Origin: Limnothrix sp. BL-A-16
Lineage (GTDB): Bacteria > Cyanobacteriota > Cyanobacteriia > CACIAM-69d
Direction of reading: 5' to 3'
NCBI GenBank assembly: GCA_041937175.2
Contig: CP166615.1
Location: 1 to 64,000 of the forward strand
DNA length: 64,000 nucleotides
The notes under the pieces were generated by a model. That model had not been told where the DNA came from, did no database searches, and was given only the letters and a program-made list of their open reading frames with translations. Of this stretch, positions 1-12,016 are shown piece after piece (within the stretch, counting starts at the first letter, position 1; each line of letters begins with the position of its first letter). The translations under genes and the position numbers were made by a program.

Positions 1-8
1 CTGAGCTA

Positions 9-1037
9 CAGCCTTTACCTAGAACGATTGGTACGACATAATTATAAGTGTAGTTGAGTTATCGTCAGGAAAACTCATGGGTCGTTATTCTCTGGACTTG
101 CGCCGAAAGATTGTAGAAGCTTACGAAAAAGGAGACACTTCAATTCGGAAAGTGGCAAAACAGTTTTCGATTAGTCCAGATACCGTCAGGCGGCTTCTAA
201 ACCTATATCGTTCAACTGGAAGCTTAGTACCTAAGAAGTGTGGCACGAAGCGAGTGAGCATCTTATCTCAGAATGAAGAAGCCATCTTAGAAATTGTAGA
301 GACCAATCCTGATTTTACATTGCGAGAGTATTGCGAAGCAGTGCAAGAAAAATTGGGTGTCAGTTCTAACACAAGCATGATGGATCGATTTTTAAAGCAA
401 CATGACATCAGCCTCAAAAAAAACATACAGGAGCGAAAAAGTAATCACGGCGGAAGTACAAGCCGAGCGCGTGAGCTACTGGCAGAGAATTTTGAAAGTG
501 GAAGCTGAAAAGCTTGTCTTCATTGACGAAAGCGGTTTTTGGGTTGGGATGAATCGCCCCATGGCCAGAGCTAAAAAAGGAATGAAGGCTTATGAAACCC
601 AGAAGCCCTATTACGGTAAAAAGATGACAGTCATTAGTGCGATCAGGCGATCAGGAGTTGTCACAATAAAAGGATTGAAAGGCTCAATGAAAAAGGAAGA
701 TTTTCTAGAGTTTGTTAAAGTAAACTTGGCACCGCAGTTAAAAGCGGGTGATGTGGTTATCATGGACAACTTAAACTCTCATCATCGTCCAGAGGTGAAA
801 GAAATGATAGAAGCAGTAGGAGCAACAGTAGAATATCTGCCAGTGTATTCACCAGACTTTAACCCTATAGAAATGATGTGGTCACAGTTAAAAATCTTTT
901 TGTGGAAATTTAGAACAGAAACCATAGAAGTGTTGGAACAATTAACTAGATTAGCAGCCCGACTGGTGGATTTACAGTGCCTGAAAAACTGGTTTACTAA
1001 ATGTTGTTATTGTACCTAGTAATTGCGGTAAGGGCTG
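9..1037 (+). mobile_element. IS630-family insertion sequence, apparently complete
   Basis: Imperfect terminal inverted repeats CAGCCTTTACC...GGTAC (9-34) and GTACC...GGTAAGGGCTG (1012-1037). Flanked by TA (7-8) and TA (1038-1039). Encodes HTH and DDE ORFs. Confidence 0.93.
77..1019 (+). CDS. IS630 transposase split over two frames (77..508 HTH; ~417..1019 DDE), joined at an A8 run (416-423)
   Basis: YSLDLRRKIV HTH start. Catalytic motifs VFIDES, IMDN and YSPDFNPIEMMWS. Removing one A from CTC-A8-C gives the in-frame junction LKK-TYR. Confidence 0.9.
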
Positions 1038-1038
1038 T

Positions 1039-2169
1039 ATGTCTCATTCACTTTCTAAAGTAGTCAAGCTTAAAAAAACAGGTTCAAAATGGGAGTTTCA
1101 ATCGGAAGCAAATCTCGAAGATTTTCTGTATTTATGCTTAGACAGGATGTTGGGTGCTTCTCCATTAAGAAGACAGTTTTCTGTTGGTGGTCAGTTCTGT
1201 GACATCTTGGCTGTAGATTCTGATAAAAGACTACTCATTGTAGAACTTAAAAATCAAGAAGATCGATATGTTGTCAATCAGGTATCTCGATATTACGACG
1301 CTTTACTAGAAGAAAAGCCATTAGCTGATTTTGTTGACTACTCTAAGCCTATTAAAATTTTAATAATTTCCCCTGTCTTTCACAGAGATAATCTAATTGA
1401 CAGAAAATATAGCTGTTTAGATATTCATTTTTTGACATTTGATTTATCTATAGAATCTGAAAATCTCATATTCACTCTCCATGATTTAGAAAATAATAAA
1501 TTATCTTCGATCACTGTCTCGTATGAGCAGGAATCACAGGAGCGATTAGTTCAAGAACCACCAAGACGATTTTTGAAATTACTGACTGATGTTGTGGAAA
1601 CTGAACGACAATTTATTTTGAATGCAAGAGAGCAGATACTCGGATTTCATCACCAAATGAAAGAGATGCCTATTGGCAACAATATTTTGTATGGCTCTAG
1701 TAAAACCAGACCTTGCGCCGAGTTTAGATACGATGAAAGTCGCAAGACACCATCATTGTTTCTGTGGCTACCGCATGTTACATCAAGAACAATGAGCGCC
1801 AGAAAAATTGTTGCCAGGATGAAGGTCTGGACGGATTGGCTATCAGTGACTTCAGTAGGGCATGTTCCAAAGGGCAACGGAAGGATGGTGAGTTATGAAG
1901 AATGGCGGCTGGGATCAGTTCGACCTCTGAATAAATTGCTACCCCCTAATTGTGGGGTGCATTCTATTGAGAGATATTTTACCGACAAGGACTATCGAGA
2001 GCGGTTTGTCGAGGAAAGATATAAAAATCAAGCTTCAAATCCGCACTATAAATCAGGTTTGGCAATGTCCATAAAAGGATATCTCTCCTTAATTAAGAAG
2101 GAAGAAGAAATATCATCCTTGCAAGACTTAATAAACTTGGCGCTAGAGGTTTGGTTAGAAAAAACTTAG
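1039..2169 (+). CDS. PD-(D/E)XK endonuclease, NucS/DUF91-like N-terminal domain plus an uncharacterised C-terminal region
   Basis: E-x-x-LED...CDILAVD...IVELK...Q-x-x-RY motif. AT-rich. Confidence 0.7.
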   Translation: MSHSLSKVVKLKKTGSKWEFQSEANLEDFLYLCLDRMLGASPLRRQFSVGGQFCDILAVDSDKRLLIVELKNQEDRYVVNQVSRYYDALLEEKPLADFVDYSKPIKILIISPVFHRDNLIDRKYSCLDIHFLTFDLSIESENLIFTLHDLENNKLSSITVSYEQESQERLVQEPPRRFLKLLTDVVETERQFILNAREQILGFHHQMKEMPIGNNILYGSSKTRPCAEFRYDESRKTPSLFLWLPHVTSRTMSARKIVARMKVWTDWLSVTSVGHVPKGNGRMVSYEEWRLGSVRPLNKLLPPNCGVHSIERYFTDKDYRERFVEERYKNQASNPHYKSGLAMSIKGYLSLIKKEEEISSLQDLINLALEVWLEKT

Positions 2170-2314
2170 CACTGGACTATCTGTTTTAGTGATGCTAATA
2201 AACTGAGTTTTGCAAAACTGAGATATCTTGGTAAGGCTGTCAAGATTGCCTGCCGTCGCTTATCTTAGTTATTAAGCGTTTACAGTTCTTATTAGGTAAG
2301 GAGATCATAGATTT

Positions 2315-3109
2315 ATGACAACTATCCAAAATAACCACAACGAATTATCTGGCAAGCGAGCGTTGGTCACAGGTGGCACAAAAGGCATGGGAGAAGCCAT
2401 TGTCAAACGCCTGCGGCTAGCCGGTGCAATCGTTATGACGACTGCCCGCTCAAGACCCGATGAACTTCAGTCGCCGGAGTTATTCATTCAAGCCGACATC
2501 AGCACGCCTGAGGGTATGGAAAATGTCGTGACGGAGGTGCTCGCTCGTCTTGGCGGCGTAGACATCCTAATCAATAACGTGGGTGGTTCCTCTGCTCCGA
2601 GTGGTGGCGTACTTGCTTTGAGTGATGATGATTGGCAGCAGGCATTCAATACGAATTTGTTCGCTGCTGTTCGCTTAGATCGAGCCTTTCTGCCTAAGAT
2701 GCTGGAGCAGAGGTCGGGTGTAATTATTCATATTTCGTCTATCCAGCGTACCCTTCCACTTTATGATGCGACTTTGGCGTATGCAGCGGCGAAAGCGGCA
2801 TTGACTAACTACAGTAAAGGACTCTCGAACGAAGTGGCATCCAAAGGAGTGCGGGTTATTTCAGTAGCTCCTGGTTTCATCGAAACAACAGCGGCCACAG
2901 GACTTATCGAGAGGTTGGCAGAAGATGCAGGAACAGACATCGATACTGCTAGGCAAGGGCTGATGGATTCACTTGGGGGTATTCCGATGAACCGCACCGG
3001 TCGCCCCGAAGAAGTGGCGGAACTTGTTGCTTTCTTGGTGTCCGATCGCTCTGCCTATATTAATGGCGCTGAATATGTAATTGACGGAGGAACGATTCCT
3101 ACAGTCTAA
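2315..3109 (+). CDS. SDR family oxidoreductase
   Basis: TGGTKGMG, NNVG and YAAAK motifs. RBS AAGGAG upstream. Confidence 0.92.
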   Translation: MTTIQNNHNELSGKRALVTGGTKGMGEAIVKRLRLAGAIVMTTARSRPDELQSPELFIQADISTPEGMENVVTEVLARLGGVDILINNVGGSSAPSGGVLALSDDDWQQAFNTNLFAAVRLDRAFLPKMLEQRSGVIIHISSIQRTLPLYDATLAYAAAKAALTNYSKGLSNEVASKGVRVISVAPGFIETTAATGLIERLAEDAGTDIDTARQGLMDSLGGIPMNRTGRPEEVAELVAFLVSDRSAYINGAEYVIDGGTIPTV

Positions 3110-3405
3110 CGAATTAAGAATACACATTGAAAGAACCAGTATTCCTTGAAAACGCGCCTAGCAATCAGTTCGTTTTGAATGTGGTCAGCATGTCTTTCTC
3201 GCGTCGTCGAGTGTCACGTACTGCGCCCAAAGATTGAGGTGTTTTTAAATTTCATTAGAAACACCTCATAGAATAGTTCTCTACCTTTTGCTTAAAGTAA
3301 TTGGTACGTTCTGTCGCAGATGCCATGAAGGTTAAAACTGCTCTGCCAAGCGCTGTCACGGTGCTCATCAGGTGGAGTAATTGCTATGGCTAATTAACTC
3401 AATCA

Positions 3406-4236
3406 TCAATCAATGGAGTCCGACGCTAACGTTAACCGATCGCCCACCTGCAACATCCTAGATTCGTCGTTGGCGGCGGGAGGATTGGAGTCGATCGCCG
3501 GAACTTGGGTATTGATGGCCAATCGGTAAAAGTGATTAAAACGCGATCGCTCGGCCCAAGGTGGCAGGGTCGTTTGGCGCTGGGCCATGAAAGTTTTTTG
3601 AAATTGTGCCGTGGGTTCGCCGGTTTGGCTGTTGCGGGTGGGGACAATGCAGCGCTGACAGGGATTGGTGCCTAGAAATGGCACTGCGCCAATTTGAAAC
3701 GCGACCCCGCTGCCAGCGGTGCTGTAGAGCCGTTCTTCCCAAAAAGGCTCCACTTCATCAATTTCCAGGTTGGTTCGCAGCCGATCGCGCAGTTCCGCCA
3801 CGGTCAAATCGGGAAACCAACTGGCCACTGTTGCGATCGACCCTGTGCTAATCAGGGTGGGGCCCCAAGCGGCCGGATCATCGGGAAAGCCAGCCTCGCG
3901 GTTTTGGGCAATGGTGACCGGTTGCTGAAAATAGTCACTGAACCAGGCGGTCAATGCTGCCCGATCGTGATCTAAATGGAAGGTGGTGGCGGGCTGGGAA
4001 TCTGCCTGTAAACGCAGGGTGACGAAGCGTTGGGCTAAGTCAAAGGTTGCGCGAATTTTGTGGATGGCGGCGTTGCGCTTGCCGTTAATGAACTTGTCTT
4101 GGGCATCCAGCAGGGCAAATTCCCGATCGCCTGCCAAGGATCCCGCTGCCGTCAGGGCGGCTCGATCGACCGCCACACCATCCAAGGACTTAATCGGAAA
4201 CAGGGTGATGCGGGCCAGCCTCGGATGGGTGGACAT
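3406..4236 (-). CDS. MOSC domain protein
   Basis: FPIKS, DREFAL, RLRTNL and PCQRCIVP motifs. Confidence 0.88.
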   Translation of the reverse strand: MSTHPRLARITLFPIKSLDGVAVDRAALTAAGSLAGDREFALLDAQDKFINGKRNAAIHKIRATFDLAQRFVTLRLQADSQPATTFHLDHDRAALTAWFSDYFQQPVTIAQNREAGFPDDPAAWGPTLISTGSIATVASWFPDLTVAELRDRLRTNLEIDEVEPFWEERLYSTAGSGVAFQIGAVPFLGTNPCQRCIVPTRNSQTGEPTAQFQKTFMAQRQTTLPPWAERSRFNHFYRLAINTQVPAIDSNPPAANDESRMLQVGDRLTLASDSID

Positions 4237-4272
4237 GGGGGAGTAGAGAGGTGAGCGATGGGGAAACCGGCA

Positions 4273-4704
4273 CTAGCTGGCCTGGGCAGACTGTTGATCG
4301 TAGCCGTAAAAATCGATCCGATAGTCTGCGATCTTGACCCCCGTTTGGGCCTCGATTTGGGCAATCAACTCCGGCGGCAGGGTCACATGCACATCCACAA
4401 TTCGGCCGCTGTCGAGGCAGTTGATGTGGCTGTGGGGGTCGCTAATGTTGCCGTACAGACGACCATCAGCCCGATCGATACATTCCACAATGCCGTTACG
4501 GGCCAGAGCTTCCAGGTTTTGATAAACCGAGGTGTGGCCAATATCTTTGCCCCGCCGATTCAAACGGTCATAAATTTCCCGTGCGGATAGGTGTTCCCGA
4601 TCGTCCCATAGCAGTTCCAAGATGAAGCGGCGCTGGCGACTGACGCGCATTCCCAGGGTTTGGCAGCGTTCTAGGGCATCATCAAGCGATCGAATGGGTT
4701 TCAC
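4273..4704 (-). CDS. perR: Fur-family transcriptional regulator (PerR/FurC-like)
   Basis: MRVSRQRRFIL, HLSAREIY, TSVYQNL and HSHINC motifs. GTG start. Confidence 0.8.
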   Translation of the reverse strand: MKPIRSLDDALERCQTLGMRVSRQRRFILELLWDDREHLSAREIYDRLNRRGKDIGHTSVYQNLEALARNGIVECIDRADGRLYGNISDPHSHINCLDSGRIVDVHVTLPPELIAQIEAQTGVKIADYRIDFYGYDQQSAQAS

Positions 4705-5074
4705 GGGCAGCTTCTCAGCAGAACGGGTTAGACAATTGGGTTAGCGGGCAGGTTTGGGGACGGGCTAGAGAGCAGACGGTTTCTTGACAGCGGCGGGCCA
4801 TTCGGTGCGGGTGGTTGACCGTGGGGATTGTAAACCGCTGGGGGATGGGCGATCGGGGCTTGCGTTATTGCAGTCCTCTACCACATCAGGGGGCTATCTC
4901 ATACCCGGACTGATTTGATTTTAGCGCACCTCTTGGAAACAATGGTTTGGCGCGAATGGAATGCCCCCATGAACACCGATTCCGTTGTTGCGAATATTGA
5001 CTTTTGCTGACTTTGTGGGTGATTTGATCGCGCTGCTGATCAAACCGCCCATTGAGCCAAGTCACTGGTGGCTA

Positions 5075-5216
5075 GGGCCTGTCGTCATTTCCTGAGATCA
5101 GACAACAACGGTTGATTTTCCATGCCCCAATCGTCGTAACAAGGGGCTTAAGCCCCTTGTTTCTCACGATCTGCTAACGGTGGAATCAGGGTTTCAGGCG
5201 ATTTGACAACACGCCC
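5075..5216. mobile_element. MITE-like element, family A, copy 1
   Basis: TIRs GGGCCTGTCGTCA / TGACAACACGCCC, flanked by TA on both sides. Central palindrome 5140-5159. Homologous to 52058-52195 and 57960-58101. Confidence 0.8.
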
Positions 5217-6505
5217 TAAGACTCCAGGGCACTGCCTGCGGGCCCGATCGCCGCCACGGCCGTTTCCAGGGCGATCGCCGCGTGGGTCCAGTGGGTTCCC
5301 CCTTGGAAATAGGCCACATAGGGCGCGCGCAGGGGCCCATCGGCCGACAACTCCGAGGTGCTGCCTTCAATGAACGTGCCCCCCGCCATCACCACTTGAT
5401 CCTCATAGCCGGGCATCACGGCCGGTACAGGATCCACATAGGAATCGATCGGGGAAGCCTGTTGCACCGCCCGGCAAAGGGCGATTACCTTTTCGGCGCT
5501 GCCCAACTTAATGGCCTGGATGATGTCGCTTTGGGATGCGTCGGGTGCTGGATTCACCGGATAGCCCAGGTTGGAAAACACCCGCGCCGCCAAATAATTA
5601 CACTTGAGCGCTTCTCCCACCATTTGGGGAGCCAAAAACAAACCCTGATAGAGCAGTCGGTGTTGGTCGAAGGCTGCACCGCCCTCGGAACCAATGCCGG
5701 GAGCCGTTAACCGACAGGCCGCTTGCTCCACGAGGTCAGCCCGACCGGCCACATAGCCGCCAGCGGTGACGATCGTGCCGCCGGGATTTTTGATTAAGGA
5801 ACCGGCCATCAGGTCTGCGCCCATGGCGGTCGGCTCGTTGTCCTCCACAAATTCGCCGTAGCAGTTGTCTACAAAACAGATCGTGTTGGGGTTTTGAGCC
5901 TTAACCAGCGCCACAATTCGGCCAATGTCAGCAATGGACAGGCTGGGTCGCCAATCATAACCACACGATCGCTGAATCGTGACCATCTTGGTTTCCGGGC
6001 GAATTGCTTGAGCCAGGGCTTCCCAATCGATCGTCCCGGCCGGAGTCAAATCCAATTCTCGGTAGGTGACCCCAAAATCCATCAGGGATCCCTGACCGCT
6101 ACCCCGTTTGCCAATCACCTCTTCTAGGGTGTCGTAGGGTTTGCCGGCCACGGACAGCAACTCATCGCCGGGCCGCAGCACCCCAAATAGAGCACAGGCG
6201 ATCGCGTGGGTTCCCGAAACGATTTGCACCCGCACGATCGCGGCTTCGGCCTGAAGGGCCCGGGCCATGACCCGATCGAGCGTGTCTCGGCCCAAATCAT
6301 CATGGCCATAGCCCGAAACCCCTGCGAAATGGTGGGCCCCCACCCGTTCTGCCCGAAATGCATCCAACACGCGCTTCAGCTTGGCCTGCACGGCGCGATC
6401 GATTTGCCCAAATCGGGGCCCCAACTCTTCCACCGCTTGTTGCACCACCGCCGCTGCATCCACCGCGACATTGCCCAAGGTGGCCTGATCCATCTGAATC
6501 CCCAT
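5216..6505 (-). CDS. PLP-dependent methionine gamma-lyase family / aluminium resistance protein (YnbB-like)
   Basis: GYGHDDLGRD, SGTHAI, VDNCYGEF and GSLIKNPGG motifs. Confidence 0.9.
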   Translation of the reverse strand: MGIQMDQATLGNVAVDAAAVVQQAVEELGPRFGQIDRAVQAKLKRVLDAFRAERVGAHHFAGVSGYGHDDLGRDTLDRVMARALQAEAAIVRVQIVSGTHAIACALFGVLRPGDELLSVAGKPYDTLEEVIGKRGSGQGSLMDFGVTYRELDLTPAGTIDWEALAQAIRPETKMVTIQRSCGYDWRPSLSIADIGRIVALVKAQNPNTICFVDNCYGEFVEDNEPTAMGADLMAGSLIKNPGGTIVTAGGYVAGRADLVEQAACRLTAPGIGSEGGAAFDQHRLLYQGLFLAPQMVGEALKCNYLAARVFSNLGYPVNPAPDASQSDIIQAIKLGSAEKVIALCRAVQQASPIDSYVDPVPAVMPGYEDQVVMAGGTFIEGSTSELSADGPLRAPYVAYFQGGTHWTHAAIALETAVAAIGPAGSALES

Positions 6506-6978
6506 AACCGAACTAACCCCAAACGGCTTGAATTTTCGTAATTACGCCCAAAAAATTGCCAAAATTAGGCAAGTTTTCCAAAATACCGCCCCATTGCTCG
6601 ATCAAGATCACCAATAACCCAGCATCGAGGGGCAAAGATGCGCTGATCAAGGTCAAAACACATCCAAATCTGAGCGGGATCTGAGCGAGTCGATCGACTT
6701 TGATCCCCAACTTCTGCAATGTCTTCAGGGATCCCTGACTAATGCTAGTGTTGATCCCCAGGGCGATCATGATCAAAAGGTCTCGCGATCCCAAAAATTC
6801 CCTAAACCCCCGATCGCGATCAATCTGCCCCTCTGCTCCTGCTGCCAATTCCTTAATTTCGCAGCGCCAACCCACACCACCGCTGAATTTCGGTCAAACT
6901 GGATGCTCAGTCCATTGTGAAGAAATTCAAATAGGAAATGATACGCTGATTTAGCGCATCGATGACATAGGTAATTGA

Positions 6979-7803
6979 ATGACTGCCGCAACGTCCGCAC
7001 AGAACTTGCGCCCAGACTGGGGCGTAATTATCTTTATGACGGCGATGCACATCGCAGCCGTCGTGGCATTTCTGCCGCAAAACTTTAGCTGGGCAGCCGT
7101 TGGCCTGATGATCTTCCTCCACTGGGTGACGGGCGGCCTCGGAATTACCCTTGGGTGGCATCGCCTCGTCACCCACCGCAGTTTCGAGGTTCCCAAGTGG
7201 TTGGAGTACTTCTTTGTGTTCTGTGGAACACTCTCTTGCCAAGGCGGCCCCATCTGGTGGGTTGGTTTGCACCGCCACCACCACCTGCATTCGGACACCG
7301 ACCCGGATCATCATGATTCGACCAAGGGTTTCCTCTGGAGCCACATCGGTTGGATGATGTACGAAGTGCCCGCCGAAAGCGAAATTCCCCGCTTCACCAA
7401 AGATATCGGCGACGATCCTTTCTATAAATTCCTCGATCGCTACTTCCTGCTGCTGCAAATCCCCCTCGCCGCTATCCTTTACCTGATGGGTGGATGGTCG
7501 TTTGTGCTCTGGGGCATCTGTGTGCGGATGGTTTCCCTGTGGCATTGCACTTGGCTGGTGAACAGCGCCACCCACAAGTTTGGTTATCGCACCTTTGAAG
7601 ACTCGGGCGATCGCTCCACCAACTGCTGGTGGGTGGCTCTCCTGACCTATGGCGAAGGTTGGCACAACAACCACCACGCTCACCAATACTCAGCGCGCCA
7701 TGGTCTGCAATGGTGGGAAATTGATGCCACTTGGATGACGATCCAACTGTTGCAGCTCTTGGGTTTGGCGAAGAACGTCAAGTTGGTGAAGGCGGAATCG
7801 TAA
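6979..7803 (+). CDS. desC: Delta-9 acyl-lipid desaturase
   Basis: His boxes HRLVTH, HRHHH and HNNHH; GEGWHNNHH motif. Confidence 0.9.
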   Translation: MTAATSAQNLRPDWGVIIFMTAMHIAAVVAFLPQNFSWAAVGLMIFLHWVTGGLGITLGWHRLVTHRSFEVPKWLEYFFVFCGTLSCQGGPIWWVGLHRHHHLHSDTDPDHHDSTKGFLWSHIGWMMYEVPAESEIPRFTKDIGDDPFYKFLDRYFLLLQIPLAAILYLMGGWSFVLWGICVRMVSLWHCTWLVNSATHKFGYRTFEDSGDRSTNCWWVALLTYGEGWHNNHHAHQYSARHGLQWWEIDATWMTIQLLQLLGLAKNVKLVKAES

Positions 7804-8172
7804 CTGGGGGTGAGCGGCCGTTCAGCCCCGATCGCTTGACAACGGTTTGAGGAAAATTCTGATTCAATCCCAGCTTTGCCAAAAAAGCCTCAAAGCTTGA
7901 TTCAAGGATTGTCTTTAGTCGTTTCAACGCAACGATCTTTAAAACCAGTTGATTAGCTCTCTTTCGCTGTACGGTTGAAAATCCCTACCATTCAATTGCA
8001 AATTGATCGACGGGTTAGCTCAGGTCTGGCTTGAGCACTTTGAATGTTCCGAATGTCCTGAATATTTTGCAGATTTCGGTTGTTCTGGGCTGGTTAGTGC
8101 CTTGAGCCATTCTTGAAAGTCCAACCCGCGATTAAGCTTTCAGTCTTAAAGCAGTGCCCATGGGAGTGCTGC

Positions 8173-8352
8173 TTTTTTTGTTGCCCATTATTTTTTGTTG
8201 CCCATTATTTGTTGCCCATTATTTGGGTTGATCGGTTGTTCGATCGATGGGTTGATCGGTTGTTATGGGCGAGACTCCATTCCCTAGTCCAAATCGGGCG
8301 AGCCAAGCCCACTGCTTCCGACCCATGAACCAAGGCCCATGAACCAAGGCCC
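8173..8352. repeat. Cluster of short imperfect tandem repeats
   Basis: TTTGTTGCCCATTA x3, TGGGTTGATCGGTTGTT x2 and CCCATGAACCAAGG x2 in the convergent desC/groEL intergenic region. Confidence 0.75.
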
Positions 8353-8601
8353 AAAAGCTCCTTGGATGGTTGCCGGAGGGCGACTGCTGGCGAATTGGGT
8401 GTCATGACTATGCAGATGTCATGACTTGCTGACCAAGGGATTGGTAATCACCGTTAATGCAAAATCGGCTGGAAACTGCCTTTGGCATAGCTTCCAACCG
8501 ATCGGGTTTTGAGTTTGCTCGGGTGATGAAGGGATCGCTACACCCGCAGTCGGGGTAACGATTCCCTCAACAATGCCCGGGGCAAGGGTTTTGGGCGAGA
8601 C

Positions 8602-10356
<1,755 letters not shown>

Positions 10357-10409
10357 TTAGAAGCGTCGGTTCAATCGGGGTTCGATCGAGACGGCTCCGG
10401 TGGGGCTAA

Positions 10410-10721
10410 TTAGCCAACAACCGCCAGGATGTCTTTTTCAGAGAGCAGGACGTAATCTTCGCCACCCAGCTTGATATCCGTGCCAGCGTACTTGGAATAG
10501 AGCACTTTGTTGCCCGTGCTGACTTCGGGAGCTTGGCGGCTACCATCATCGTTGCGCTTGCCAGGGCCCACAGCGACGACTTCGCCAACTTGGGGCTTTT
10601 CTTTGGCGTTATCGGGCAGGAGAATACCGCCAGCGGTCTTTTCTTCAGCGGCGGCGACTTTGACCAATACGCGATCGCCCAAAGGAGTCACGGTCGATAC
10701 GCTCAACGATACGGCTGCCAT
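10410..10721 (-). CDS. groES: Co-chaperonin GroES
   Basis: [17 protein letters not shown]...AKEKPQ. Start shortened to ATG 10721. Confidence 0.98.
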   Translation of the reverse strand: MAAVSLSVSTVTPLGDRVLVKVAAAEEKTAGGILLPDNAKEKPQVGEVVAVGPGKRNDDGSRQAPEVSTGNKVLYSKYAGTDIKLGGEDYVLLSEKDILAVVG

Positions 10722-10861
10722 ACAGAATCTGTCTCCAGAGGTTTGAAGTGAAAAGCTAGACCAATGGTGAAGCGGATAGGCGAAAGGCTGAAAATTCGTT
10801 GTTACGCAGTGTTGACTGCGCGGTGCTGACAGGGTGTCTGTCGCAGCCTGACCAACGGCTT

Positions 10862-10888
10862 TTAGCACTCTCTCCATCCGAGTGCTAA
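10862..10888. promoter_or_regulatory. CIRCE element (HrcA operator)
   Basis: Perfect TTAGCACTC-N9-GAGTGCTAA upstream of groES. Confidence 0.97.
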
Positions 10889-10915
10889 TTTACTGGAGAC
10901 CATGGGGCCTGACAA
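10887..10915 (-). promoter_or_regulatory. Sigma70-type promoter of groESL
   Basis: Minus strand TTGTCA-N17-TAAATT abutting the CIRCE. Confidence 0.75.
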
Positions 10916-10926
10916 CAGACCCCTCT

Positions 10927-10942
10927 GTACGGGTTTCCGAAC
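10927..10942 (-). promoter_or_regulatory. K-box
   Basis: Minus strand GTTCGG-AAAC-CCGTAC matches the cyanobacterial K-box GTTCGG-NNAN-CCNNAC, just upstream of the -35. Confidence 0.85.
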
Positions 10943-11028
10943 TGGCAACCAGGGCGTAACTTGGAAAGATCTCGATCGCCCCGCCCGGCATACCCCGCCA
11001 ACCACCCTCAGCCCCACTGCATTGCCCC

Positions 11029-11547
11029 ATGGCAACCCCATTGCATTCTTCCCTTCCGAACCCAGAGGCCGATCGACCCGATCCCGATGCCTCAACCCCT
11101 GGCCCCGTCGATGCCCAAACTAATTCCCCAGCCGAGGAGGCGCGATCGCTTCTCCCCGTGGTGCGAACCTTGGGAATCGATCGCATTGAACGTCACGTTT
11201 TCATTTGCGCCGACCAAACCAAGCCCCTTTGCTGTTCCAAGGAGGCCAGCCTGGAATCCTGGGACTATCTGAAGCGGCGATTGCGAGAATTGGGTCTTGA
11301 TGGAACCGGCCCAGGCCACCCCTCCGGTTCAGAATCTCCCCTGCCCTCCGTGGTTTTTCGGACAAAGGCCAACTGTCTCCGGGTTTGTACGGAAGGGCCA
11401 ATTCTGCTGGTTTATCCCGAAGGCGTGTGGTATCGACGCGCCACCCCGGAAGCGATTGAGCAGATTATTCAGGAACATCTCATAGGTGGGCGCGTTGTGC
11501 AGTCCCTGGCTTTCTTTGAGCGATCTTTGCCCCAAATGGCTCCCTGA
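11029..11547 (+). CDS. Thioredoxin-like (2Fe-2S) ferredoxin
   Basis: [23 protein letters not shown] and [13 protein letters not shown] motifs. Confidence 0.88.
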   Translation: MATPLHSSLPNPEADRPDPDASTPGPVDAQTNSPAEEARSLLPVVRTLGIDRIERHVFICADQTKPLCCSKEASLESWDYLKRRLRELGLDGTGPGHPSGSESPLPSVVFRTKANCLRVCTEGPILLVYPEGVWYRRATPEAIEQIIQEHLIGGRVVQSLAFFERSLPQMAP

Positions 11548-12016
11548 GCGGTGGAACTGGGCAGCCTCTGCGCTTGGGAATTAGGACTGCCTAGCAAAAT
11601 TACTGGTAGCACTCAACACCAGCATTGCCCTAAACTAGGAGACAGGTTAAAAAAATACCCATCAATCCTGTCCGTAGCTGGTTAACTTGCCCAGCCGTGG
11701 TTGGTTTTTCGGATTTCCTGCCCGTGGCCCAGCGACCACGAACCTAAGTTCATCCTAGTCGTATGATTGCGGCGCATTCCTGCGGCGGATTGCGACAAAG
11801 TTTCGGTGCAGTGGCAGTGAAGTGGTCGTGAACAATTGCGGTGAATTTAATTTCCCCCTTAAATTCCCGAACCGTAGGCTATGCAGTTCCTTGGGCTATG
11901 CAGCTCCTTGAGCAGCTCATTCAACGGGACTGAAATTAACCTGAGTGATTAAAAAGGTAGGCGATCGCATTCGATCGCGCTAGCTTCTGCTCTTCCTAAA
12001 GATCTTTTCGCTTCCT

